Part shown: one piece after another, positions 1-7,792 of the stretch
Position numbering within the stretch: the stretch's first letter is position 1
Layout of the letters: every line of letters starts with the position of its first letter
Origin: Actinomycetes bacterium
GTDB lineage: Bacteria > Actinomycetota > Thermoleophilia > Solirubrobacterales > Solirubrobacteraceae
Direction: 5' to 3'
Assembly: GCA_037139475.1 (NCBI GenBank)
Contig: JBAXGJ010000001.1
Coordinates: 1 to 26,910 of the forward strand
DNA length: 26,910 bases
Notes under the pieces: model-generated
What the model saw: only the letters and a program-made list of their open reading frames with translations
What the model was told of the DNA's origin: nothing
The model's database searches: none
Position numbers and translations under genes: made by a program

Positions 1-170
1 GCAGGCCGAGCGGTCTCTGCCGGCGCGTTCGGCACCCACGGCCAGCCAGCGAGCGCAAAGTAGATCAGCACGCCAGCGAAGAGCAGCTGAACGAGGAGCA
101 CGATCACCAAGACGCGAATTCCCCGCGACGGGGGCTTCGTCTCCTGCTCTGTGCTCGGCTCGTGTTCCAT
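1..170 (-). CDS. 5' part of a membrane-anchored protein (runs off the left edge; function unassignable)
   Basis: Manual translation from the ATG at 170: MEHEPSTEQETKPPSRGIRVLVIVLLVQLLFAGVLIYFALAGWPWVPNAPAETARP. No stop before base 1. A charged N-terminus is followed by one strongly hydrophobic ~22-aa segment. It is not in the ORF track because it is truncated. Confidence 0.7.
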   Translation of the reverse strand, partial: MEHEPSTEQETKPPSRGIRVLVIVLLVQLLFAGVLIYFALAGWPWVPNAPAETARP

Positions 171-234
171 TTGTAAAAATGCCTTCAGCGACGCTCTGTA
201 CGAATAATCACAGCCAAAGTGGCCGCTATCGGTA

Positions 235-240
235 TAGATT
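235..240 (+). promoter_or_regulatory. Candidate -10 box (TAGATT) for a leaderless WS/DGAT transcript
   Basis: TANNNT hexamer at 235-240 lies 6 nt before the ATG at 247, and no Shine-Dalgarno sequence is visible. This geometry is typical of actinobacterial leaderless genes. Confidence 0.5.
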
Positions 241-246
241 TAGAGT

Positions 247-1659
247 ATGGCTCAGGAACACTTTGACCGATTGACCGCGCTCGATGCGTCGTTTCTCGAA
301 CAGGAGGGCCCGACTTCGCACATGCACGTCGGCGCCGTCGCAATGTTCGAGAACCCGGTTCCCGACTTCGACGAGTTCCTCGACACGATCCGCGGCCGCC
401 TCCATCTGGTTCCGCGCTACCGCCAGAAGCTCTCGCTGCCGCCGCTGCGGACAGGGCGCCCGGTCTGGGTTGATGACCCGAGCTTCAACATCGAATATCA
501 CGTTCGCCGCACCGCGCTGCCGCCCCCAGGCAGCGAGGAACAGCTGCTGCTGCTGACCTCGAGGATTTTCTCGCAGCAGCTCGACCGCTCAAAGCCGCTC
601 TGGGAGATGTGGATCATTGAGGGGCTCGAAGATGATCGCTGGGCGCTAATCAATAAGACCCACCACGCGATGATCGACGGCGTCTCGGGCGTTGACCTAG
701 CGACTGTGATCTTCGACCTTTCGCCCGAGGGGACCGTTGTTGAACATCCCCCTGAGGCCTGGGTGCCGGCACCGGAGCCGGGCGACGCCGACCTGCTGGC
801 CTCTATCGCGCTTGGAGCCACCCGAACAGCGATTGACAGCGTCAAGAATGTGACGAAGATGGTCTCCAGCCCGGCGGCCGTATTTGACGGCCTGCGCGAC
901 GGGATTGAGGGCGTCGGCGAGGTCGCATGGGCGGGAATCAACTCGGCGCCGGCGACGCCGCTCAATGTTGAGATCGGCCCGCATCGACGCTTCCGCGTAG
1001 TCCAGGCCCAGCTCGAGGATTTCAAGCAGATCAAGAACGCGCTTGGCGGAACGGTCAACGACGCCGTGCTGACCGTTGTCAGCGGCGCGCTGCGTACGTG
1101 GCTTCACTCTCGCGGCGTGCGCACCGAGGGGCTTGAGCTGCGCGCGCTGGTGCCGGTCTCAATTCGCCCAAAGGACGCCCATCACGAGTTCGGCAACCAG
1201 ATCGCGGCGATGCGCGGGCCGCTGCCGGTCTACATCGATGACCCGATCGCCAGGCTCGGCATGGTCCGTCAGTCGATGGACGGCCTGAAGGAGTCGAAGC
1301 AGGCGCTTGGCGCTGAAGTAATCAGCGAAGCGCAGAACTTCGCGCCGCCGACGCTGCTGGCGCAGGCATCGCGGCTGAACTTCTCGACGCGGCTCTTCAA
1401 CCTGATCGTGACCAACGTTCCGGGGCCGCAGTTCCCGCTCTATGTCGGCGGCTCAAGGATGCTCTCGATCGCGCCGGTCGCCTTCCTGCCGCGCAACCAT
1501 GCGCTGGCGATCGCGATCATGAGCTACGACGGCGGGCTCAGCTTCGGCCTGCTCGGCGATTACGACCAGATGGCCGACCTCGACCTACTCGCCGACGCGC
1601 TGCAGGATTCGATCGACGAGCTACTCGCGCTCTCGGCTGAAACTGCGACGGCTCAGTAG
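247..1659 (+). CDS. Wax ester synthase/diacylglycerol acyltransferase (WS/DGAT family)
   Basis: 470 aa. N-terminal RLTALDASFL...HVG, catalytic HHxxxDG motif (HHAMIDG), LxRxxPLW motif (LDRSKPLWE), C-terminal TNVPGP. All are typical of WS/DGAT/Tgs enzymes. Confidence 0.95.
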   Translation: MAQEHFDRLTALDASFLEQEGPTSHMHVGAVAMFENPVPDFDEFLDTIRGRLHLVPRYRQKLSLPPLRTGRPVWVDDPSFNIEYHVRRTALPPPGSEEQLLLLTSRIFSQQLDRSKPLWEMWIIEGLEDDRWALINKTHHAMIDGVSGVDLATVIFDLSPEGTVVEHPPEAWVPAPEPGDADLLASIALGATRTAIDSVKNVTKMVSSPAAVFDGLRDGIEGVGEVAWAGINSAPATPLNVEIGPHRRFRVVQAQLEDFKQIKNALGGTVNDAVLTVVSGALRTWLHSRGVRTEGLELRALVPVSIRPKDAHHEFGNQIAAMRGPLPVYIDDPIARLGMVRQSMDGLKESKQALGAEVISEAQNFAPPTLLAQASRLNFSTRLFNLIVTNVPGPQFPLYVGGSRMLSIAPVAFLPRNHALAIAIMSYDGGLSFGLLGDYDQMADLDLLADALQDSIDELLALSAETATAQ

Positions 1660-1949
1660 CCGAGCGCGAACTTCGCGTCTTCGCTCATCATCTCCGGCGT
1701 CCACGGCGGAGTGAAGATCATTGCCGACTCAACCGCTTCGACGCCATCGAGCACACTGACGAACTCTTCGATCTGCTCGGCGACCATCGGTCCGATCGGA
1801 CAGGCTGGCGTGGTGAGCGTGTAGGTGACGTGCACCTTTGGGCCATCAACGGCGATCTCGTAGATCAGGCCGAGCTCAACGAAGTCGAGTCCCAGCTCGG
1901 GGTCGATCACGTTTGTTAGCGCTGCTTCAACTTCGTCAACGTTTGCCAT
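1653..1949 (-). CDS. DUF59/SufT/PaaD-like Fe-S cluster assembly protein
   Basis: 98 aa from the ATG at 1949 (the ORF-track start at 1973 looks over-extended). Motifs VIDPELGLDFVELGLIY, TLTTPACP and PPWTPEMM match the DUF59 family. The 3' end overlaps the WS/DGAT stop by 7 nt, convergently. Confidence 0.9.
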   Translation of the reverse strand: MANVDEVEAALTNVIDPELGLDFVELGLIYEIAVDGPKVHVTYTLTTPACPIGPMVAEQIEEFVSVLDGVEAVESAMIFTPPWTPEMMSEDAKFALGY

Positions 1950-1956
1950 AGCGGCG

Positions 1957-1983
1957 ATTGTAGCCCGCCGCACTCCCTACAAT
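1957..1983. promoter_or_regulatory. Back-to-back -10 boxes (TACAAT on each strand) of a divergent promoter
   Basis: ATTGTAG (1957-1963) and CTACAAT (1977-1983) form a perfect 7-bp inverted repeat with a 13-nt spacer. The minus-strand TACAAT is 7 nt before the DUF59 ATG; the plus-strand TACAAT is 12 nt before the fxsA ATG. Confidence 0.6.
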
Positions 1984-1995
1984 GAGAAGCAGATC

Positions 1996-2508
1996 ATGGT
2001 TCTTCTCGTACTACTTCTGATCATCGTCCCGATCATCGAACTGGCGATCATAATTCAAGTTGGCTCGATGATCGGAGTCTGGTGGACGATCGCCCTCCTC
2101 GTTGCCGATTCGCTCTTTGGCGCTTGGCTGCTGATGCGCGAGGGATCACGCTCGTGGCTGCGCTTTCGGGCCGCGCTCGGCAACGGCAAGGTGCCAGCGA
2201 AGGAGACCGCCGATGGCGGGCTAGTCATCTCCGGCGGCGCGCTGCTGCTCACGCCCGGTTTCTTGACCGACATCGTTGGGCTGCTGTTCCTGTTTCAACC
2301 GACGCGCGACATGATCCGCAGGATTGCCTTGACGAAGCTCGTCAGCTATGCCGCTACGAGCGTCGGCGGGCCTGCCGGTTGGACTTTGCGCGGCGCCTTC
2401 TTCGGTTCGCGCGCTGCGAAGTACGCGCGCTCAAGGGCGCCGCAGCGCGACTACGACGTTGAAGGAACGGCGACCGAGGTAAAGTCGCCGCCGCCAGCAC
2501 TTCCTTAG
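1996..2508 (+). CDS. fxsA: FxsA family membrane protein
   Basis: 170 aa. Hydrophobic N-terminus with PIIELAIII, central GGALLLTPGFLTDIVGLL signature, and C-terminal DVEG motif, as in FxsA. Confidence 0.9.
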   Translation: MVLLVLLLIIVPIIELAIIIQVGSMIGVWWTIALLVADSLFGAWLLMREGSRSWLRFRAALGNGKVPAKETADGGLVISGGALLLTPGFLTDIVGLLFLFQPTRDMIRRIALTKLVSYAATSVGGPAGWTLRGAFFGSRAAKYARSRAPQRDYDVEGTATEVKSPPPALP

Positions 2509-2520
2509 ACGGCGGGGCTG

Positions 2521-2976
2521 CTAGTTGTCGGAGCCCATTCGGTCCCAGAGATAAAGCTCGATGCACTCCTCGGCCAGCTCGGCGCAGCGCTCGCGGCTTA
2601 GCGCCGGCAAGACTGTCTCCAACGCCTGCTCCTCAGAGACTCCAGCTTCAAAGGCCTCTTCGCCGCGGAATCCAGCAGCGATCTTCAACGCCTCGCGGCG
2701 GTGCTCACCGAGCGACCCAAATACGCCGAGCAAGAAATCCCGGTTGGCGACCGGCTGACCGACCTCCATCGAAGCGTGCCAAGCCGCAAGCATCGAAAGG
2801 TCGTGCTCGTCAAGGTCGGCGACGGCCTTGACGTAGTGAGACTCAAGATCGGTTTCGGGGATCGCGTCGACCCAGGCGCGGACAAGTTCGCCTAGAAGTT
2901 GGCGGCGAGCATCGCGGCCAACGGATTCTGCGATTACTCGAATCGCATCCTGAGGCTCAATAAAACAAAGGGGCAA
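2521..2976 (-). CDS. Hypothetical acidic, probably all-helical protein (start uncertain)
   Basis: 151-aa ORF with GC-rich third positions through its body. TTG start at 2976 with GGAG 6 nt upstream; the next in-frame ATG is much further in. No motif recognised. Confidence 0.65.
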   Translation of the reverse strand: MPLCFIEPQDAIRVIAESVGRDARRQLLGELVRAWVDAIPETDLESHYVKAVADLDEHDLSMLAAWHASMEVGQPVANRDFLLGVFGSLGEHRREALKIAAGFRGEEAFEAGVSEEQALETVLPALSRERCAELAEECIELYLWDRMGSDN

Positions 2977-3056
2977 CGGCAGCTCCGAAGGCAGGGGATT
3001 AGTCAGCGAAATTACGCGTCGCTGCGGACGACACCTAGCTTTGGCAGGCAGCAGCG

Positions 3057-4277
3057 CTACTCAAGGCCCATTTCAGCGCTGGCTGGCGCCGATCCAGTCG
3101 ACTGAGGCTCCGACGCTGCTGGGCTCGAAGCCGCTGGCGTTGGAACCACGACGACCGGCGCGGCAGCCGGCGCAGCCTCGGAAACTTGGGGCACTGCCGC
3201 GCGTGCGCGCCGCCGTGCCTGCTGGCGCGATCGACGCGCCGCTGTTTCAGCGCGCGAGCGGCCGCTGCTGGATTGACTGAACGACTGCCCGGAGACCGCT
3301 GCTAGGACGGCCGGCGACGGCGACCCGCCCGGGACCTGGTCGAGCGCCACGGCGCTGCCGCTGGCAGCTGCCGCCGTGGCAGCAACGACGGCTGTCGCCT
3401 TGCCTGCTGCGCCGACGACTGACTCGGTCACAATCTGCGCTCGAACGAGCGAAGAGGCAGAGCGCTCTGTTGCCCAAGTCGAAAAAGACTCGTAGGTACG
3501 GATGAAGACGTTGCCTGCCTCGTCGAGCTGTGATCCAGCCGTGGCGAGCAGAGCAAGCGGGAAGACGACCGCCAGCGGCGCGCTAGAGCGGTGCATCTCG
3601 CGCACAACTCCGCGGCATGACCCGCACTGGCGCAGGTGCGGGCGCAGATCAACTAGCTGCTCGTTGGTTGCCTCGCCGTCAACGAGCGCTGAGAGCATTG
3701 GCTCCCAGCGTTTGCACTCTTCCCCCGATTCGATTCCTGCGTAGCGAGAGATGAAGGCACGGCGGCCCTCGTATAGGCAGCGATTGACCTTCGTCCGGCT
3801 CCAGCCGGTTTCGGCTCCGATCTCGTCGTACGAATTTCCTTGAGCGCGTAGCCAGAGCGCGCGCACCTCTTGCGGCTTCAGTCGCTGCAGAGCTTCTGCT
3901 GACTGGGCAACCTGCTCGAAACCAAGCGCGCGTTCCTCCGGCGAGGCGCTGCGATCGCTCTCGATCTGGTCGAAGTCAATTTCGCTCGGTGCGAGATCAC
4001 GCTGGCGTGTGCGACGAACCGCCATCGCTTCGTGTTTGACGACCGTCCTCAGCCAAGCTGGCGCCCGTTCGGGATCTAGTCGCGGCGCGTGCTTGATGAA
4101 AATCTCAAGACCCCGCTGATAAGCGTCCTCGGCGTCGTCGGCGCAGAGGCTGTGGCGCCGCGATAGCCGCAACAAGCTTGCGGCATGGCGCTGGACTACG
4201 TCGATTACGAGCGCGTCGAGCTCTGCCTGCGTGGCCTCGCGGTCGATCGGTGGTCTGTCATGACTGATCTGTTCCAT
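3057..4277 (-). CDS. ECF sigma factor fused to a zinc-binding anti-sigma (zf-HC2/ZAS) motif and a low-complexity C-terminal tail
   Basis: 406 aa from the ATG at 4277, with an AAGAGGG SD-like sequence upstream. Region 2: DAEDAYQ...AWLRTVVKHEA. Region 4: SYDEIGAETGWSRTKVNRCLYEGRR. Then C-KRWEPMLSALVDGE...HLRQCGSC (HxxxCxxC), two Ala/Val-rich hydrophobic stretches and a Ser/Ala/Pro/Arg-rich tail. Confidence 0.85.
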   Translation of the reverse strand: MEQISHDRPPIDREATQAELDALVIDVVQRHAASLLRLSRRHSLCADDAEDAYQRGLEIFIKHAPRLDPERAPAWLRTVVKHEAMAVRRTRQRDLAPSEIDFDQIESDRSASPEERALGFEQVAQSAEALQRLKPQEVRALWLRAQGNSYDEIGAETGWSRTKVNRCLYEGRRAFISRYAGIESGEECKRWEPMLSALVDGEATNEQLVDLRPHLRQCGSCRGVVREMHRSSAPLAVVFPLALLATAGSQLDEAGNVFIRTYESFSTWATERSASSLVRAQIVTESVVGAAGKATAVVAATAAAASGSAVALDQVPGGSPSPAVLAAVSGQSFSQSSSGRSRAETAARRSRQQARRRARAAVPQVSEAAPAAAPVVVVPTPAASSPAASEPQSTGSAPASAEMGLE

Positions 4278-4418
4278 CGCAGCTGCCCTCTTAAGCACGC
4301 GAGCAAGGCGATTTTCCCCTCCCTGGAGCTCAAGAAGTGCCGAATTTGCGTCATTTTTGGGGCCCACCGCCTAATCAACCAAAGCCCGATCAGCGCTTTG
4401 CTAATTTGTCTAGTCACG

Positions 4419-4928
4419 ATGGTCAACTCGCTTTTCTCGTTCCCCAATCCCGTCAACGAGGTTTCGGCGCGGCTCGTAGCTGGCGGCGTTGTTCTGATCG
4501 CGCTGGCGGCAATTCTCTTCGCGCAGCCGTGGATCTTCATCGTGCTCGCCTACGGCTTCCTCGCTCGCGTGCTGAGCGGCCCAACGCTCAGTCCGCTCGG
4601 CCAGTTCGTGACCCGTGTTCTCACCCCAGCCTTGCCGTTTGAGGAGAAGCTCGTCCCCGGCCCGCCGAAGCGATTCGCCCAGGGCATCGGCGCAGCCTTC
4701 TCAGTTACAGCGGCAGTGCTGGTGGTCGGCTTTGATCAGATTGGAACGGCATCGGTCCTGCTCGCTGTCCTCGCCGCCTTCGCAACTCTCGAATCGGTAT
4801 TCGGCATCTGCGTCGGCTGCAAGATCTTTGCGATCCTGATGCGCGTTGGTGTGATTCCGGCCGAGGTTTGCGAGAGCTGCAACAACATCACGCTCGGCGG
4901 CCCGGCAGCGGCCGCGGGCTCACGCTGA
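4419..4928 (+). CDS. DUF4395-like membrane protein
   Basis: 169 aa from the ATG at 4419; the ORF-track extension to 4185 overlaps the sigma gene and is implausible. Motifs PNPVNEVSAR, GPPKRFAQGIG and LESVFGICVGC, with multiple hydrophobic segments, match my recollection of DUF4395. Confidence 0.8.
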   Translation: MVNSLFSFPNPVNEVSARLVAGGVVLIALAAILFAQPWIFIVLAYGFLARVLSGPTLSPLGQFVTRVLTPALPFEEKLVPGPPKRFAQGIGAAFSVTAAVLVVGFDQIGTASVLLAVLAAFATLESVFGICVGCKIFAILMRVGVIPAEVCESCNNITLGGPAAAAGSR

Positions 4929-4941
4929 GCCCGAAGCGTTA

Positions 4942-6318
4942 TTAGGCTGCGGCCGCGTCGCGCTCGACGAGCGCGTCAACCGGCCGCTGGTAGCCGCTCG
5001 CTTGTGCTCGCGCCTCGCCGGCCGCGAGCTCTTTGTCCAGCTCGTATAGGTAATCATCAAAATCAACCTGAATCGTGTGCCGCTTCGAAGCCACGTAGCG
5101 CTTCTGCATCTTCGCCATGTCGGCGGCCATGAAACTGCGCACCTCAGCGTCGGAAGGAAGCTTGTATCGACCGGTCAGGTACTCGGCCACCCAGCGACCC
5201 TGCGCCTCTGAGAGCGGCATCACAGCGCCGAGTGGCTGCAGCAGGCCGATGAAGAAGAGGTTCGGGATCTCGGGCTTGAAGACGCGGCGGTAGAGATCGA
5301 TCCGGTTGTCCGGCGCGGAGATGAAATCCTCGTCGAAGAACGGGAACGTGATCTTGTAGCCGGTGCAATAGATCACGACGTCAGCGTGGACGCGCGTACC
5401 GTCTTCAAACTCGACCTCGTCGCCTTCGAGGCGGCGAATGTTTGGCTTGACCTTGATTGCGCCGTGCGTAATTCGGTCAAGAATTCGGCTCGAAATTGTT
5501 GGGTGCGCCTCGCCGAACTCGTGGTCAGGCTTTGGCAGCCCGAAATCGGTCACCTTGCCGACATAAGTGTTGATTAGCTTCGCAACGGCCTTCTGACGGA
5601 TCTTGAACGGGATCCGCGGATTGACCCAGCCGCCGAGCTGATCGGTTGGCTTGCCAAAGATGTACTTCGGCACGATGTAAGAACCGCGGCGGGCTGAGAG
5701 GTAAACCTTCTCAGCGACATATGAAGCTTCGACCGAGAGGTCCATCGCACTGTTGCCAATCCCCAATACGACGACGTCCTTACCGGCAAGAAAATCAGGG
5801 CGCATGTAGGAGTGGGCGTGCATCTGCTCGCCTTTGAAGGAATCGGAGCCGGGGAAGGCTGGCTCCGGCCAGCGCGGGTTCCAATGGTGGCCGTTGGCAA
5901 CGAGTAGTGCGTCAAAGCGCTCGCTGCTGCCGTCGCCAAGAGTCAGCTCCCAAGTTCCGTCGCTGAGGCGCTCGGCGTGCTTAACCGGCGTTTCGAAGCG
6001 GATCCGATCACGGACGCCAAAGTGATCAACGTAATCATCGAAGTAGGCGGCGATCTGGGCGTGGTTTGGGTAATCGGGGTAGTCCTCCGGCATCGGGTAG
6101 TCGGAGTAGGCCATCCGCAGCCTTGAAGTATTGATGTGGAGGTCGCGGTAGCAGGCCGACATCCCGTTGATGTTCTCGTAGACCCAGTTGCCGCCGATGC
6201 GGTTTGAGGCCTCAAAGCAGGTGACGTCAAAGCCGCGCTCGGCGAACGTCTTCAGCGCCGTGATGCCGGATGAGCCGGCTCCAATGATCGCGGTCCGTGG
6301 CAGCTGCTGACTAATCAT
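4942..6318 (-). CDS. Flavin-containing monooxygenase (class B FMO-like)
   Basis: 458 aa from the ATG at 6318, with AGGAG 6 nt upstream inside the gltD 3' end. FAD Rossmann GAGSSG, FMO fingerprint FxGxxxHxxxY ([11 protein letters not shown]), NADPH Rossmann GIGNSA, and the CTGY motif. Confidence 0.92.
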   Translation of the reverse strand: MISQQLPRTAIIGAGSSGITALKTFAERGFDVTCFEASNRIGGNWVYENINGMSACYRDLHINTSRLRMAYSDYPMPEDYPDYPNHAQIAAYFDDYVDHFGVRDRIRFETPVKHAERLSDGTWELTLGDGSSERFDALLVANGHHWNPRWPEPAFPGSDSFKGEQMHAHSYMRPDFLAGKDVVVLGIGNSAMDLSVEASYVAEKVYLSARRGSYIVPKYIFGKPTDQLGGWVNPRIPFKIRQKAVAKLINTYVGKVTDFGLPKPDHEFGEAHPTISSRILDRITHGAIKVKPNIRRLEGDEVEFEDGTRVHADVVIYCTGYKITFPFFDEDFISAPDNRIDLYRRVFKPEIPNLFFIGLLQPLGAVMPLSEAQGRWVAEYLTGRYKLPSDAEVRSFMAADMAKMQKRYVASKRHTIQVDFDDYLYELDKELAAGEARAQASGYQRPVDALVERDAAAA

Positions 6319-7792
6319 TTCGCTCTCCTGATAGGGCGGGAACCTCTGCAAAGTACTTGTCAACCATACGCGCGCAGCGCCGTCCTTCGTTGATTGCCCA
6401 GACGATTAGCGACTGGCCGCGGCGCGCATCGCCGGCGACGAAGATGCCAGCCTCAGAGCTCTGGTAGGTCGGCGCCTCAATGTTGCCGCGGCCGTCGAGC
6501 TCGCAGCCCAGGTCGGCGACGAGCCCCTCTGCTTCAGGATGGATGAACCCGGTCGCCAGCAGCACAAGATCGGCCTTTAGCTCGCGCTCGCTGCCGGGCA
6601 CCGGCGCGAACGGCGGCGACGCATCGGCCTGCGCAAGGTGCTGCGTCGTGACCTTGCCGTCGGTGCCGGAGAAATGGGTTGTTACAACCGAGAAGTCCTG
6701 CTCTCCGCGGCCGATCTCGCGGGCCTCCTCCATCGCGTAGGAGAGGCGATACTTCTGTGGCCACAGCGGCCACGGCGTGCGGTCGTCGGGACGATGCTCC
6801 GGTGGCTCAGGAAGCAGCTCGAGCTGGACGACGCTGAGCGCGCCCTCGCGGATCGAGTTGCCGATGCAGTCGGCGCCGGTGTCGCCACCGCCCACTACGA
6901 CAACGTGTTTGCCCTCGGCCGTGATCTTCGGCAGGTCGGTTGGGGCGGCCGCGGGCGGCTGCGGCCCGAGCTGCTCGGCGACCCAGCGGTTGCGGCCATA
7001 GAGGTACTCCATTGCGAAGTGAACTCCGTCGAGCTCGCGGCCCGGCACGTCAAGGTCGCGTGGAACGCGCGAGCCGATTGCGAGGACGACGGCGTCAAAG
7101 TCGCTCTTCAGCTCGTCGGCGCTGATGTCGGCGCCGACGTTTACGCCGTAACGGATCTCAACCCCTTCGTCGATCATCTGCTGCACGCGGCGGTCGATCA
7201 CATGCTTCTCAATCTTGAAGTCGGGAACGCCGAAGCGAATCAAGCCGCCGGGCGCCTCATCGCGCTCAAAGACGACGACCTTGTGGCCGGCGCGGCGGAG
7301 CTGCTGCGCCGCCGCCAGACCAGCCGGCCCGGAACCGACAACAGCGACAGAGCGGCCACTCTCGGCCTGCGGCGGCTCGGGCTTGACCCAGCCTTCCTGC
7401 CACGCGCGGTCGATGATCGAAAGTTCGATCTGCTTGATCGTTACCGAATCGCCTTCGCGAATCTCAAGTACGCATGCTGCCTCGCACGGCGCCGGGCAGA
7501 GCCGCCCGGTGAACTCAGGGAAGTTGTTGGTCGCATGGAGACGGACGATCGCCGCCTCCCAGTCCTGGTGGTAGACGAGGTCGTTGAAGTCAGGGATTAG
7601 GTTGCCGAGCGGGCAGCCGCTGTGGCAGAACGGAACGCCGCACTCCATGCAGCGGGCGCCCTGGGCGGCGAGCTCCTCGTCCGGGCGGCTTTCGACAAAT
7701 TCCTTGTACGGCTCGAGCTCGACCCGCTCAATCGGATCCTTATAAGGAATTCCGACCCGCTCGATCTTCAGAAACGCTCCGAGCTCGCCCAT
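6311..7792 (-). CDS. gltD: Glutamate synthase small subunit
   Basis: 493 aa. Fe-S motifs [13 protein letters not shown] and [12 protein letters not shown] motif [15 protein letters not shown], and C-terminal [19 protein letters not shown]. The start overlaps the gltB stop (TAATG). Confidence 0.97.
   Translation of the reverse strand: MGELGAFLKIERVGIPYKDPIERVELEPYKEFVESRPDEELAAQGARCMECGVPFCHSGCPLGNLIPDFNDLVYHQDWEAAIVRLHATNNFPEFTGRLCPAPCEAACVLEIREGDSVTIKQIELSIIDRAWQEGWVKPEPPQAESGRSVAVVGSGPAGLAAAQQLRRAGHKVVVFERDEAPGGLIRFGVPDFKIEKHVIDRRVQQMIDEGVEIRYGVNVGADISADELKSDFDAVVLAIGSRVPRDLDVPGRELDGVHFAMEYLYGRNRWVAEQLGPQPPAAAPTDLPKITAEGKHVVVVGGGDTGADCIGNSIREGALSVVQLELLPEPPEHRPDDRTPWPLWPQKYRLSYAMEEAREIGRGEQDFSVVTTHFSGTDGKVTTQHLAQADASPPFAPVPGSERELKADLVLLATGFIHPEAEGLVADLGCELDGRGNIEAPTYQSSEAGIFVAGDARRGQSLIVWAINEGRRCARMVDKYFAEVPALSGERND

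Noticed and set aside
121-134. CCCC-GCGACG-GGGG hairpin
   Set aside because: Short, inside a coding region, no U-tract; expected by chance at this GC content.
4185-4418. N-terminal extension of the DUF4395-like ORF and of the sigma ORF (to 4367)
   Set aside because: The two extensions overlap each other and the divergent promoter region. Family-like sequence begins at ATG 4419 (+) and ATG 4277 (-), the latter with an SD.
6638-7600. 320-aa plus-strand ORF antisense to gltD
   Set aside because: Entirely inside a well-supported gene on the opposite strand, with no motifs. Long stop-free shadow frames are expected from high-GC codon bias.
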